From the human T2T-CHM13v2.0 reference genome, Homo sapiens: DNA of 64,000 nt. Position numbers and translations under genes: made by a program. The DNA lies in assembly GCF_009914755.1 (NCBI RefSeq), contig NC_060930.1; one strand, given 5' to 3'. The notes beneath the pieces are model-generated. The model did no database searches, was not told the DNA's origin, and saw only the letters and a program-made list of their open reading frames with translations. Positions 45,781-59,300 of this stretch are shown piece after piece (the stretch's first letter is position 1; every line of letters starts with the position of its first letter).

Positions 45781-46396
45781 CGAGCTTCTCATTGTTATGG
45801 ACATTGCAGAGGCAATTCCTATGTCCTCTCTAGAAAGGGCTCTCTAAAGAATTAGAGATCAAACTGGAATTATGGATTAGAAAATATAGTCTTAAAAATG
45901 GAGAAAATGAAGGCAGTCATCTTAGGGAAATCTCTTAAATAAAGTGAGCTTCTTAAATAAAGTGAGCCTCAGTTCCCTCACTCGTAAAAGTGGTATTGGA
46001 ATGTCTATCTCACAAAAATGTTTTAAAGATTAATAGAGATTATTTCTGGAATAGTTCTTAGTAAGCAAAAAAGCACTCAGTGATATGGAAGGAAATGTTC
46101 TTTATGAAACGTTTGAAGACTGATCTTCATCATATAAACACAGTCCTGGGCCGTTTCTTTAGAAGAGGACCGTGAGAAGGTACCTTATCAGCTCTCAAGG
46201 AGCTTGAGGAATACTATAAGCCCAGCCCACCTGGAGCAGATGTAAAACTTTGGAATGACCCAGAAATGGCAGGTATTCAGGAAAGAGGCAGAGGTAGATT
46301 ATTCTTTGTGAGGCTGGTGTGAGTTCTTAAATTGGGCAGGAGCCAAATGATCTGAAAGGCACAGGAAAATGCGGTGGTCATAAAACCTGACTTTTT

Positions 46397-46803
<407 letters not shown>

Positions 46804-49800
46804 TCACATTATGCTTAATAATATCTCCAAGTACCTAGAAACTGTGCTTGCAATCAATAATTCTATTTACTATTTAATGAGTTAAAGACTTTAAACAAAA
46901 AAGAGCTCAGAAGTGTTTGGAAAATTATCCTATGAAAATTGACAAAATTTGGAGTGTTACAATTGGCACTGACACCATTACTTTTTCTCCTAAACACAAC
47001 ACATTCAGTTGGAAACTAAATGGAAACTAAAACTCTGAGAAAGTCCCATTTATGTTGAATAAATGGCTGAAGGCAACTCTGATTCTGATTTCCATAGCAG
47101 TACAGAGCAAACACTTCATTTCCAGTGGTTTCTCACTTGATGTTTGGGCTGATAGAGGCTGTGGGTCACACCGGGAGCACTCAGTGAGATTTAGGACAAG
47201 TATGTATGTCTCCCTTTTCCTCCCATGAACTCAATTTCTAAGGCCAAGATGTACCCTGTTATTGTGGCTTAAAATGTTTTTGAGGAAACTTTTTGGAAAA
47301 AGTACTGCATATACAAGGAGAACTCCAAAACCAACCATACTCTGGCAAAAAGAAAGTTATTTACTTGTGAACACAATAAAGTCCATTCAACTCAGAGAGG
47401 TTGCACCCTTTGAGCAGGTGTGAGGTCTCACAGTTATGGCCAAAAGAGTAATTATAATGCTGCATGGAATTTGTGGAACCAATGTAGGCTAATTAAGGTA
47501 AAGCAAGTTACCAAATGGTTTCCCATTCCATCTCTGTCTTATATATTGAAACCGAGAGAGGGGATAGGGATATAATTGATTACCAACACTCACATGGATT
47601 TCTATTATAGGTTTTAAATTACTATATTGCTAAGTATTTATTTGTATGCTTTGCTGTTCTGCTGGCTAACATGATAGTCCTGCCTACTTCTCAGTCATTC
47701 ATTTATCCTCATTGTCTAACGTAACTCACAGCACCCAGTAAACATTCAATCACAATTTGTTGAATGAATGAATGAATGAAGCTAATTAAACTAAATTGTG
47801 TTACACTTCCAGTCTCATTAGTGCCATAATAAAGTACTACATAAAGAGAAATTGATTAACAAAAGTCCTTGAATTTTGTTATTCATTAAACATCTTCCCA
47901 CTCTCTTTATTATTCTTATTCCTATGTACCGTTTGGTTTTCTCTTCTTTCTGTGTGAAATTCAAAAATTTCTCTTCTACCGACCTACTTGCTCTCTAGCA
48001 GCTACTCCTAGATTTACTCAGCCTAACATCTCCATGTTCACAGATGAGTTTTTCCATATTTATGTTCTTTCCTCTCCCACTAATCTCTTCTCTATTATCT
48101 TATGTTGAACCTTCTATTTTCCTGTGAAGACACTTGTGTATCAGTGTAAATGGCTAACAGCTGGAGTGATGCAGTGGGTGAAAATGAAACATCGGTTACA
48201 GAGACCAAGGGGCAATGACATGTGAATGTCATTGAGACTCTGAGCAAATTCATCCCCCTGGGCTGGAACTAAGAGCTGACAGGCTTGCAATTCCCACTGC
48301 CTGACATGCTCTGCCCCATCCTTGATTGGCTCGCCTCTATTCATTCCTCTGCGTGGTATCAGGCCCTAAGAAAACCATCTTCAACTCTCACCTCCTCAGT
48401 CTGAGTCAGATACCCTGCTACAAGCTCCTCTCACTCCTTTTACTTTCTCTTCACTGCTCTCACCTGGCTTACAGCCACATACTTAAAGATTACATCTTTA
48501 ATTCATGTCTCCCTGCACTAGACCATGAGGTTTTTGGGGAAAGGACTGTTTCTATTTTGTTCACACTAGGCTCCAGTGCCTAGCACAGCCCTCAGCACAT
48601 GGTAGGTCATTATAAATATTTGTTTGATAAATAACTTAATGATATAGAAAATCCAATGCCACATAGCCCCCAAGACTACTCACACGAGGCTGTCATTAAG
48701 AATTTTGAAGAGAAGAAATGTGAGGAGAGGAATAGTTTTAGTGACACATAGCAGTTTGCAAAGGCTTATAGAATTAAAAAAAAAAAAAGAATTAAGGGCA
48801 GAACATTTCTCTTGAGTGATTACAATTGGTGGGAAGTCTGATTCAACTGATGAACCTAATTTTGCATGAACAGATGGATATAATGGAAATTAAAACAGAC
48901 AGTGCTACCATCCAAAACAAGCAGACACATTTCTTTGAAATAAAGCACTTTGAATACAGTCCATTATGTTTTCATATCAATGTTCTATAAGTGTTCTATT
49001 AAGTAAAAAGCTCTGTTAAGCATAAGTAGTGTGTAATATTTGAGCAGGAAAGAGCTTAGGAATGCTGACTCTTGTTAAAAACACTAGAATGATCTGAATA
49101 CCAGGCAGGCCTTAATCTCTTGGTGCTGCCTGACTGGGATTCATCTGGTTGGAGTGTGGCCATGTGCACCTTGTTCAGATAGGGTCCCTTAGGTTTCTCT
49201 CCATCTGCGTTTTTAGCCAATGTGATGATTACATAGCATTTAACATCGAGGCAACATCAGTCTCAGAAGGATTCATTAAGCAGTTAAAAAAAGGTTTTAT
49301 TTTTTTCCCCTCTAATCTTTTAGCTGCAACATTTGTTAACAAGTCCTTCTGCCTCACAAGACTCTGTACTTCTCCACTCCAATTTTTGATCATGTTTCTT
49401 ATTTTTTATTTTATTATTTTTTTTTAGAATTTGGAAGTAGTTGCCATCTTTAACATTCATCTCACAGCCCTTATACTCAAAAAGCTAAATGGAACTTGAG
49501 AAATCATCTAATTCAATCCACTCATTTTAGAGATGAATTTTTTTTTCTGAAAGATTTATTTAGCTAAATTCAGATGAATGTTCTCTCCCCTGGCATTAAA
49601 TTCAGAAATTAAAAATAGAGCACATACTGGGGTAGATTGTAATCAGCCTGGGGTAGAAGTAGGAAGGGAAAGCTACAAGGCTAACAGAACCATCATGGGG
49701 TCAAAATTACCAACTAAATGAAGTCTCCCCAAACAGAAAACATGTCGGTTATCTCAAAGTCATGTTCCCATCGTTAATCTACTAGCCTGAAAACAGGCAA

Positions 49801-50064
49801 AAGGAAGCCATTTGTAACCTCTATTTACACCAACTACTAAATTTTACAATAAAGCAGTAAGACAAAAAGTGAAAAAAGGTATAGGCTGTGAAGCCAAGTA
49901 AATCTAGGTTCTAATCTTCACCCTCCCCTAGCTGGGTAATCTTGTGGGAAGGCCTTTGGAAGACTTGAATTTTAAAATCTGTAAGAGGGGGATAGTAACT
50001 AACACCTACAATGTAGGGCTGTTGTGACGTTTCAATAAAATGGTATACACAAAATGCTAGTAGA

Positions 50065-50532
50065 TCTACCAATGTTTCTGGCAGCATTATTCACAATAGC
50101 CAAAAGGTAGAAACAATGCAAATACCCATCAAGAGATGAATGTATAAACAGCATGTGACGCAGACATACAATTGGATATTGTTCAATTTGAAAAAGGAAG
50201 AAATTCTGATACATGCTACAATATGGATGAATCTTGAAAACATTATGCTAAGTGAAATAAACCAGACACAAAAGGACAGATGTTGCATAATTCCACTTAC
50301 ACGAGGCACCTGAAATAGGCAAATTCATAGAGACAGAAAGTAGAGTAGAGATGACCAGGGACTAGAGTATAGGGGAATGGGGATATTCTGTCTGATATTA
50401 TAAAAGACTTTCAGAAATGGATAGTGCCAATGGTTATACAACTTTATGAATGTACTTAATGCCATTGAGTTGTACACTTAAAAATGATTAAAATGGCAAA
50501 TTTTATGTTATATATATTTCATCATAATAAAA
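50065..50532 (+). mobile_element. L1MB-type 3' end inserted into a MIR (MIR halves ~49860-50064 and 50547-50590)
   Basis: 'gcagcattattcacaatagccaaaagg...tgtacacttaaaaatgattaaaatggcaaattttatg'. TSD AAAATGCTAGTAGA/AAAATTCTAATAGA. Confidence 0.85.
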
Positions 50533-50619
50533 AAAATTCTAATAGAATGCCTGATACATAGTATGTGGTCAACACATGGTAGCTATAGTTATTAATACAT
50601 CCCACTCTGCCCATTTTAC

Positions 50620-50826
50620 CTGTTCTAAGTAATGTAGTGACAAGTTGATATACTTGGCCTCTGTTAGAAGATGGCCCCCTACTCCAGTCTTTGCAACTCG
50701 CTCTGAACCAGCCAGGTCAACCAGATGGAGTTTGGCATGTCGTACAGTTGCAGATCCTGGTTCCTTGCTTGACAAATGAATGGTGAAAATGCAGTGGGAA
50801 CGGGTTGAAGCTTGGTTCATAGGAGT
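50620..50826 (-). CDS. KIF6: Kinesin KIF6 coding exon, 207 nt, phase 0-0 (probably exon 7): [69 protein letters not shown]
   Basis: Kinesin switch I (NxxSxRSH) and switch II (DLAGSE) motifs. Acceptor ttttgcaatttttttatag|ACT, donor CAG|gtaaaa. KIF6 identity and exon number are recalled. Confidence 0.96.
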
Positions 50827-52394
50827 CTATAAAAAAATTGCAAAACAAAAATTATTTGAACAATGAAAATTTTTAAAGAATATCAAAAGATTTAAAATAA
50901 TATTTCTAGTGATAAGACATTTCCCATGAAGCCAACTGTCAACTGGAGCAAAACCACTTGTAACTGAGACCTTTAAAGTAAGTTCTTTTTAATGTATTAC
51001 CTCTTGGATTACTGATGACAAATGTGGATGGGTTGATTCAGAAAGTGAGAAAAGAGTTCTAATGAGGTATAGATCGAGTCCTCTTGCCAATATAACTTTA
51101 TTTCATTACCTGTCTATAATCCATGCATTAACCTTGGCTTAATGCTTGAAAATGCTTAATGTTAATCTCATGGGAAAAGAGGTGAGAATGTGTGTATCAG
51201 AAAAATTCATGATCACAATTGTAAACAAAAGCCACAGACAAAGAAACCTACCATCACTGTTACTACTCAACACTAAAGTGGAGGCCCTAGACAATACAAT
51301 AAACAAGAAAAAGAAATAGAAGGCATAATAGTAGGAAAAGAAGAAATTAAAAATGTCACTATGTACAAAAAAATATGGTGGTCTACATAGAAAATGCAAG
51401 AGCATCTCCAAACAAATGGCTTAAGAACTAAAAAGTTTAGCATGGTTGCTGGATATGAGATGAATATATAAAATCAATGAGGTTCTAATAACTCAGAGCA
51501 ATGATTAATCAGAAAATATAATATTATTCACAATGGCAAGAAAGACAATGAAATAATAAGGGATGAATTTTCTAAAGGATATGTAATTTATAGGAAAAAT
51601 GGTAAGATAATATTAAAGGACAAAGAGAACTGGAGTAAATGGTGTGCAGGATATTAATGCACCATTTCATAGATGGGAAAACTCAAAATTAATCTATATG
51701 TAAATGTCTATATATTAACCTATATATTCAATGCAATTGAAATAAAAATGCTACAGGTTTTGTTTACAGAAAAAGACAAATTGATCCTAAATGGCATACA
51801 GGAAAGAAATCTTCAAATAAAATGAAAAGTAATGCTGTTTGCACTTCCTTACTAAAGTTGCTCCATCAAAAAATAAAAAGAAACAAATGAAAAGTAATTC
51901 TGTGAAAGAATAACAATAAAAGGGGACTTTCCTGCCATTTATCAAGGTATACCACAAAGCTACAGTAATTAGAACAGTGTGGTGCTGGTGCTGGTGCAGG
52001 AGCAGACAGCTAGGTCAGTGAGACATGCTGTGCTCACTGAGGAGCTCTGTATGGGACAGATGTGACATCATACCACAGCAAAGAAAGGATGCACTGATTT
52101 AGTAAAAGGTGCTGGAATAACCAACTATCCATCTTGAAAAAAATAAACTTAGATTGCTTCCTTACACAATGCACACAAAGAAATTCCAGAATAGATTAAA
52201 GCTTTAAGTGTGAAATAACACAACTTTAGCACCAATACCATAAAACATGGAAGCATATTGTAATCAACCCAAGGAGGTAATGGATACTTTAAGATATAAA
52301 ACACAAAAATAAATTGATTTAAAATATTTGACCAAGATAATCCAAAATGTAAAAACTTCAGTGTGATAAAATCCATCATAAAATTAAAGCACTA

Positions 52395-52863
<469 letters not shown>

Positions 52864-53136
52864 TTAATGAATATTTGATAAAATGCTCAAATTTATACAT
52901 AATCAGAACCACATAACTTAGAACCATAAGGTTTAAAAAATAAAGTCTAACAAAATAAGTGTTGTTGGAGATATAAGGAAATGGGAAATTTTATGTACTG
53001 CTTGTGGAAATATAAATTAAGAATAAATTTTGAGAGCAATCTGATAATATGTGGCGAAGTTCCAAATACATATAACACACAGCCATCAATAAACTACTAG
53101 ATATATTTCCTAGAGAGAAATCTTGGGCAGGTATAC

Positions 53137-53143
<7 letters not shown>

Positions 53144-53176
<33 letters not shown>
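53144..53176. repeat. (TG)16 microsatellite
   Basis: Read directly. Confidence 0.95.
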
Positions 53177-53178
<2 letters not shown>

Positions 53179-56100
53179 CTATATATCTATATATCTATAT
53201 ATGCGCAATATGCGATAAGGACATATATATGTGGACATTCACTGCAACATTATTAGGGTTAGCAAGAAATTGGTGCAAGACGCACAACCTAAGTAGACAT
53301 CTGTGGCAGAAAAGATTAGTAAACTGAGATAATTCAAATTACAGAGATGTTAAAATAAAGCAACTTGGGATAGATTGACATAAATGGATTTCTAAAATAG
53401 AATGCTGGGAAAAAATAGCAAGTTAAATAATGATATGAACATTATGGTAGAATTTACATAATTAAAAAAGCAATATTATCTATTGTTCATGAAGCTATAA
53501 CTTAGGTCATTAAGTATAAAAACATGGACCAGAAGCATACGGCAAATTAATGATAGCAGTTGTGTTTGTGAGGGATGGAAATGAAAGGCCAAGAAAGGGA
53601 CTTCAGCTTTATCTGCAATATTCTATTTCATTTAGTTAAAAATTATTAGAAGCAAATCCTGGATTGGAAAACATGGATGTTGGTTACATTATTCTCTGTA
53701 CTTTTTTGTGTTTTACATTTTTTGGAACAAGAAAGAAATTAATCTGATTCAAGATACAAGTGACAAGTTAGTAGTATCATCCTCTCAACAAAAAAACTAA
53801 AAATATTCCAAATGAGTATTCATATGAGTAAATATGTTCAGATCTCCACCTTTGCAAAATGAGATTTAAACAAAGAATTTCAATATGGATGCACATGTGT
53901 GCAGACAGAGTAACACATTTGAATGGCAATTCAACCAGAAATTCTTTCTGTAAATATAAATTCTTGATATACACCAGAGTTGATTTACACCAACTAGCAA
54001 AATAAAAAGATGTCAAAATGCTGGCATAGTTTTGGTGATGATGATGTAGCTAGTGAGTCAAACAGGCTGAAAATTTGACCCATTACTTGTTGCCACAATA
54101 ACTATGCCCAAACCTGGCCAGTGTGTGATTTTGCCTGCTAAAGTGGATCAGCAAATAACTGTGCATGTAAAACCGCAAACTCAAATTTAGAACCTAAGTT
54201 GAGGTGTTTTGGAAGTGACTGTAAGTTATTTGCAGAACTTAAACATGGGTTTCATTTCACTGTGATAGTCGCACAACAATAAATCCTACAATACTGTAAC
54301 AAAAGTCAAACTGACAATCAATATAAACAAATAACATGGAGACTTCTCAACAGCTGTCTTTAGCTTCGAAACTGATATTCTGAAACCACCATAAAATGTG
54401 AGCCATAAACGAATACTGGTAGAGTGTACCCATTTCAAAGGAATATGAGATTCACATAAACTAAAATTGTATATTCTGGAGTCTGTAATTAAAATGCAGT
54501 AATATGCTGTAGGAGTCCGTGCCTACAGTTTTGTAACTTCTCATAAATATTTTCTGCATGAAGTAGCAGTTGGTGTCCTCTTAGATAAAAATTTCTTAAA
54601 CCTCAGAAAACATTCTTTATGTGGAGCTTTTTAAGTGTTATTGGATGTGCTGTGTCTGCTCTGTGTTTATTTAAGGATGTCTTTATGTCTCATAGGCATG
54701 GCCCTATGTTTGTCCTTTTAAAGGTAAAATTGTATTAAAATGTTTCTGAAACTGCCTAAGAACAGATGGCACCATTTAGGCAGATTCATTCAAAGTTAAG
54801 CACACATTTTAAACAAATGTGCTTTTGGCACTAGCGACTGTGCCTTTGGAAAAATTTTAGTGATGATTAATCACCTGCATGCAGAGAGCTTTCACGTTTC
54901 CTATTAGCCTATGTATATCACTGTGTTAGGCAGTACAGAGACAAGAAGGAAAATAAGACCTGGATGTTGCCCTCAAGGAACTTACAATCTAGTCAGGATC
55001 TAAAGCCACAATGTGTGAAATGAGAATGAGCATGAAATGAGAAAAGCAAAATGTGCAGTAAAGAAAGTGATCTGTTCTTAGCAATGAACATGCTGATCCT
55101 CTAGGTAATATCTGAAAATGCTAGCCATTCCCTCATTCTAGGAGCTCGCCACCCTCTGCCCACCACCTGGTTTCCAGTGCCAAATACTCTCCAGTCACTT
55201 TCTCCTTCTCTATCGCTTTTTCCTTTACTCTGCTCTCTTCTTTGCAGTCCCTAAAAATAGGTGTGTCCTAAGCTATGGTGACCATATTTCCTCCCCTTGG
55301 AAACTCATCTTCTACAGCTCAAATCCTCATTGCATAGGCTCTGTAGTGTAATAAAAATCACACACCAAAAATCTCAGAATTTGGTGTCAGATAACCTGGT
55401 TTCAAGTCCTGGTTCTGTCACTTACTAGTGTTAAAAGCTTACTAGTGTTATAAGCAAATTTACATGAAGTAATTTTGATTTTCATGTTTCTAGAATGCCA
55501 TATTAAGACCTGCTTCATTGCAGGGAGTTATATTAAATACCAACTGAATTACTGAGTGCTGAAGTGATCTGGGAAGTGTAAAAGGTCATATTAACGTCGC
55601 TGTTGATATTCACTTTATTCAGATGCCTCCTGTATCCTTATCTCTTACCTCAATTGTTCTGTATAGCAGATTGGAATGTCCAGCAGTTTGACTGATCATT
55701 GTCATTAAAATGTCTTACCAGCATCTTGTACATAATGTTCCCAAAACAACTGTATCTCCTTCCCTCCCTCTGTGTCCCATGGATGGATATCCAACCCATC
55801 CTACTCCTGCTGGATTTCTTTCCACTTATCTGTATCTCCCCCAGTAGCCAAATATCCTTTATCTCTCACTTGGGTTACTGTAGTCTCTCCCTTCTAGTCT
55901 CAGTATTTACTCTTGTCCCTTCCAATTGTTCTCCATCTCTCAGACAAAGTAGTATTGTTAAAAGGCATATTTGATTAATGCCAATCCTATCTACATCACT
56001 GAATTAAACTAGCATGCTCCCTAAGACTAAATATCTCTCTTCCTCTCAACTGGGCCTTATGCAACTGTTTATCAAAATCCTTTTTAAATATGGTACTCTG

Positions 56101-56278
56101 GCACTTGAATTGAATATATTATTATTTCAAAAGTAGCCTAACCACAGCAGAGGACATTGGATGTATTACTTCCTGGAACCTGGACAATCTAAATCTAATA
56201 TTGCCAGTAAATAGCACATCACATGAAGTGTTACTATACCGGATTTGCTCCAGCCCTTACATGCTATGGAATTTCTTT

Positions 56279-56281
<3 letters not shown>

Positions 56282-56314
<33 letters not shown>
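56282..56314. repeat. (AC)16 microsatellite
   Basis: Read directly. Confidence 0.95.
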
Positions 56315-56315
<1 letters not shown>

Positions 56316-59300
56316 TAGTTTATTTCATGACTGCATTTGATTAGTTTTTATGTCAACATTACAATCTATTGGATCTTGGTCTTTTTGTCAATTTTGTGCT
56401 ATCTACAAATGAAAATATCTTGTATATTCTCATCCAAACAATGTGTAAGACATGAAGCAGTGGGGCAGACCAACAACATTCCCAGAAGACCACCTCTGCT
56501 CTCCACCCGGTTAGGTAACTGTTACAGGTATTCTACAATTGACTTCAATCCAAGTACTTTTATTACCTTCAATTTCTCTTTATATCCCCAAGGATATTTT
56601 GAGAGATAAAAAAAGAATTGATTTGATCTATAAAATTTTAAATGCTATCAGAAAAGTGAATGAAATTAGTTTAAGGTAAAATCAATGCTGACTTTTTCTT
56701 AATAGCTTACTGACCATTATTTAATAATCCTTTATCAGTTTCTTTTTTAGGGCTTGTATCAAAAATATTAGCTTGTTATCTTCCATATATGTTTTCTTTT
56801 TCGGAAAATGGAGAATAGACTTTCTTTTATGGGGTGAAAATTGAAAAACCTAGGCTCACTGGACTCCTTACAGAGTCATCATATCTGCAGTCTATGGTTA
56901 AAGAAAGTTATTTTTCCTCTTTCTTATCTCCAGTGTAGCAAAACTTTACTTCTCACTGAAGTTCCATTCATCTGAAAGATTACTTCCTACAAAGCCTCTC
57001 CATTTCCCTCTTCCTCCCTCCTAGACTTCAAGCTCCTTGAGGACAGGGACTGTGTCTTATGCGTCATTGCCTAGCATAACACAGTAGTGTTAAAAATGTT
57101 TGTTAATTTGTTGACTCTTGCTCATTTCTTGTGTTCTGGAATCTCTACAGCATGCTCCATAATTTCTAAAAATCTTCAAATAATTCTGTGACTACATCTG
57201 CAAGCTTTTTAAGTCCATGGAATATAGTTCATTTGAGTCTAAAAATTAGAACTATTTGAAACAGCTAGATTAACTCAAATCTCCCTATCAGTCTTGGGCT
57301 TCAGTTATTTGCTGTGCGTGATTCCAGAGCTCTTAATCACTACTCTCTACATCTTCAATTGCCTTTTCTCCTGTCTAGAATGTCCTCTAGCTTATCACTC
57401 AAGTATACCCTTTTCCTACTCCCCAAATAAGCCTACTCAAAATTCATTTATCTTCATGAATTCCCTGGAACTATCCCCAATTGGCATTAGCCATTGTGTT
57501 CAGAAAAGACATTTAACATTTGCGCATATAGACAGTCATTAATATCCAAACCCTGGAACAATCCAAAAAATTGTTGTTCCAAATGGAGTTTCAAATGTTC
57601 ATAAAAAAATCCATTTGGAACATTGTTTAAATAGTGTTATTGTAATGAACTGTTTGTTCTAGTGCGTAGTGAAGTAGTGGTGTGATCCACTGGGCTACAA
57701 GTGAGTGTTTGGCGTCCTGCTCATTTTGTGGCAGTGTAAACAGAATGGTGCAGATTGTAAAAAGTGACTCAAAAATGACCCTGTCAGACAATGGTGGCTT
57801 CAAAATGTTCATATAGAAGGGGCTTGGAGCAGCAATGTGACTGTGGAGGCAGGGGTTGATGCTGCTTTGTTAGGACACTTTACATAACATCAAATGCCTG
57901 GATTGAGGCCAGGAGAGAGGTGCTAAGGCCCCTTCTACTGCCCTTTATTCCTCTCCCTGGCACTGATTCAGCTACCACTCTCAGAAGCTATTTCATATGG
58001 TAAAAAACCTCAAATCTCATTGAATAATAATCCTTTTCTATACAGCAGGAGATACCTGTCTGCTGAAAGAGAAATTTGAAAATAAATGGTGATGCATTTT
58101 TTTTTTGTGGGGGGTGTGTGTGTGTGCGTGTGTGTCCAGCCATTTTTAGTAATGATAATTCTGATTTGGGGGCAAAAAAGAATTTTTTTCTTTTTTCTCT
58201 TCCTATTCAATAAGTGAAATATAATTTCTTGAGGTTTACATAATATGCTCTTGTGGATGTTTGTAAAATTAATTTTTTTCTGCTTTTAGTTAAACTAATG
58301 TTTTCAATCACTTCAAAAATGATTATAGACAGTTAATGCAGCCTTCAATGATTCAAATAACCTCTGTATATCATATTAAAAATTTTCTAGGGTACCACTT
58401 ACTTATTTCTTGCCATAACTTATACCTTTTATTCCATTCCTGTGTACCAAAATCTTTTTTTCAATCACTTTGTTATCTTGGAGTAAAATATCTCGACAGG
58501 AATTTCCACTAATCTAGAATAGATCAAATAAAGGAAATCTCTTTTCGATTGAACAGGACATTATAAAGCATATGCCTGAGACTCCTTAAAACAAACCAAC
58601 TAAGAACAACAATAGCAACCACAGGATCTAGAATTCAGCTTTCCACTTCAGTTCTCCTTGTCTGATAACACTTTCTACACTGATACTCTAATTGATCTGT
58701 TCCTCTGCTCACTTGCTCTATCTGAGTTGAAGACTGAAAATGCTAACTTCCATGTGGTTTTCTAAATGTTTTCTGGGTTGGCATCTTGGCCTTTCAGGTT
58801 AAACCTCACCCTTAATGAAGAATTACCGAATCTGTTACCTATTGGTTAAGTGATTCTTTATATAGTTCTTCCCATATTAAATGAATTGAATTAGGAAGCT
58901 TGCTATGCCCTTGATGTACTCTAACTCAGCCTGGAAAAGTGAGACCTGACCAAACCTAGTGGTTTAGCACGTGACCCTACAAACACCTACCTTGAACTTT
59001 TCTGGAGTTGTTTCAGAACACACTGCCTAGCAACAAAATATTCCTGAGTGGATATTCCTCTACTGGAATTAATGATCCTAAACTTCTCATTTTTCTTTCT
59101 GACTTTTCTGTTTATAAGATACCTGGCTTTTAGGAAAGTAGTCAAAATGATTTTCCCCAGTTGCAGGATTCTAGGTCTTTTTCTTATCCAGCATGTTGTC
59201 AAAGTAGTTTTGTAAAAGAGAAATAGACTAGACACACCAATTTTATTTAAAATTTAAAAACAAACTTTGGAGCAATCTGGAACATATAATAAGAATGTTC

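Noticed and set aside
50569-50820. Track ORF of 83 aa as a standalone gene
   Set aside because: It is an internal KIF6 exon read from an internal Met and run through the donor (VKWAEW... is intron).
54089-54102. RFX X-box-like GTTGCCACAATAAC (ciliary gene regulation)
   Set aside because: Imperfect match, deep intronic and far from the promoter; expected by chance in 64 kb.
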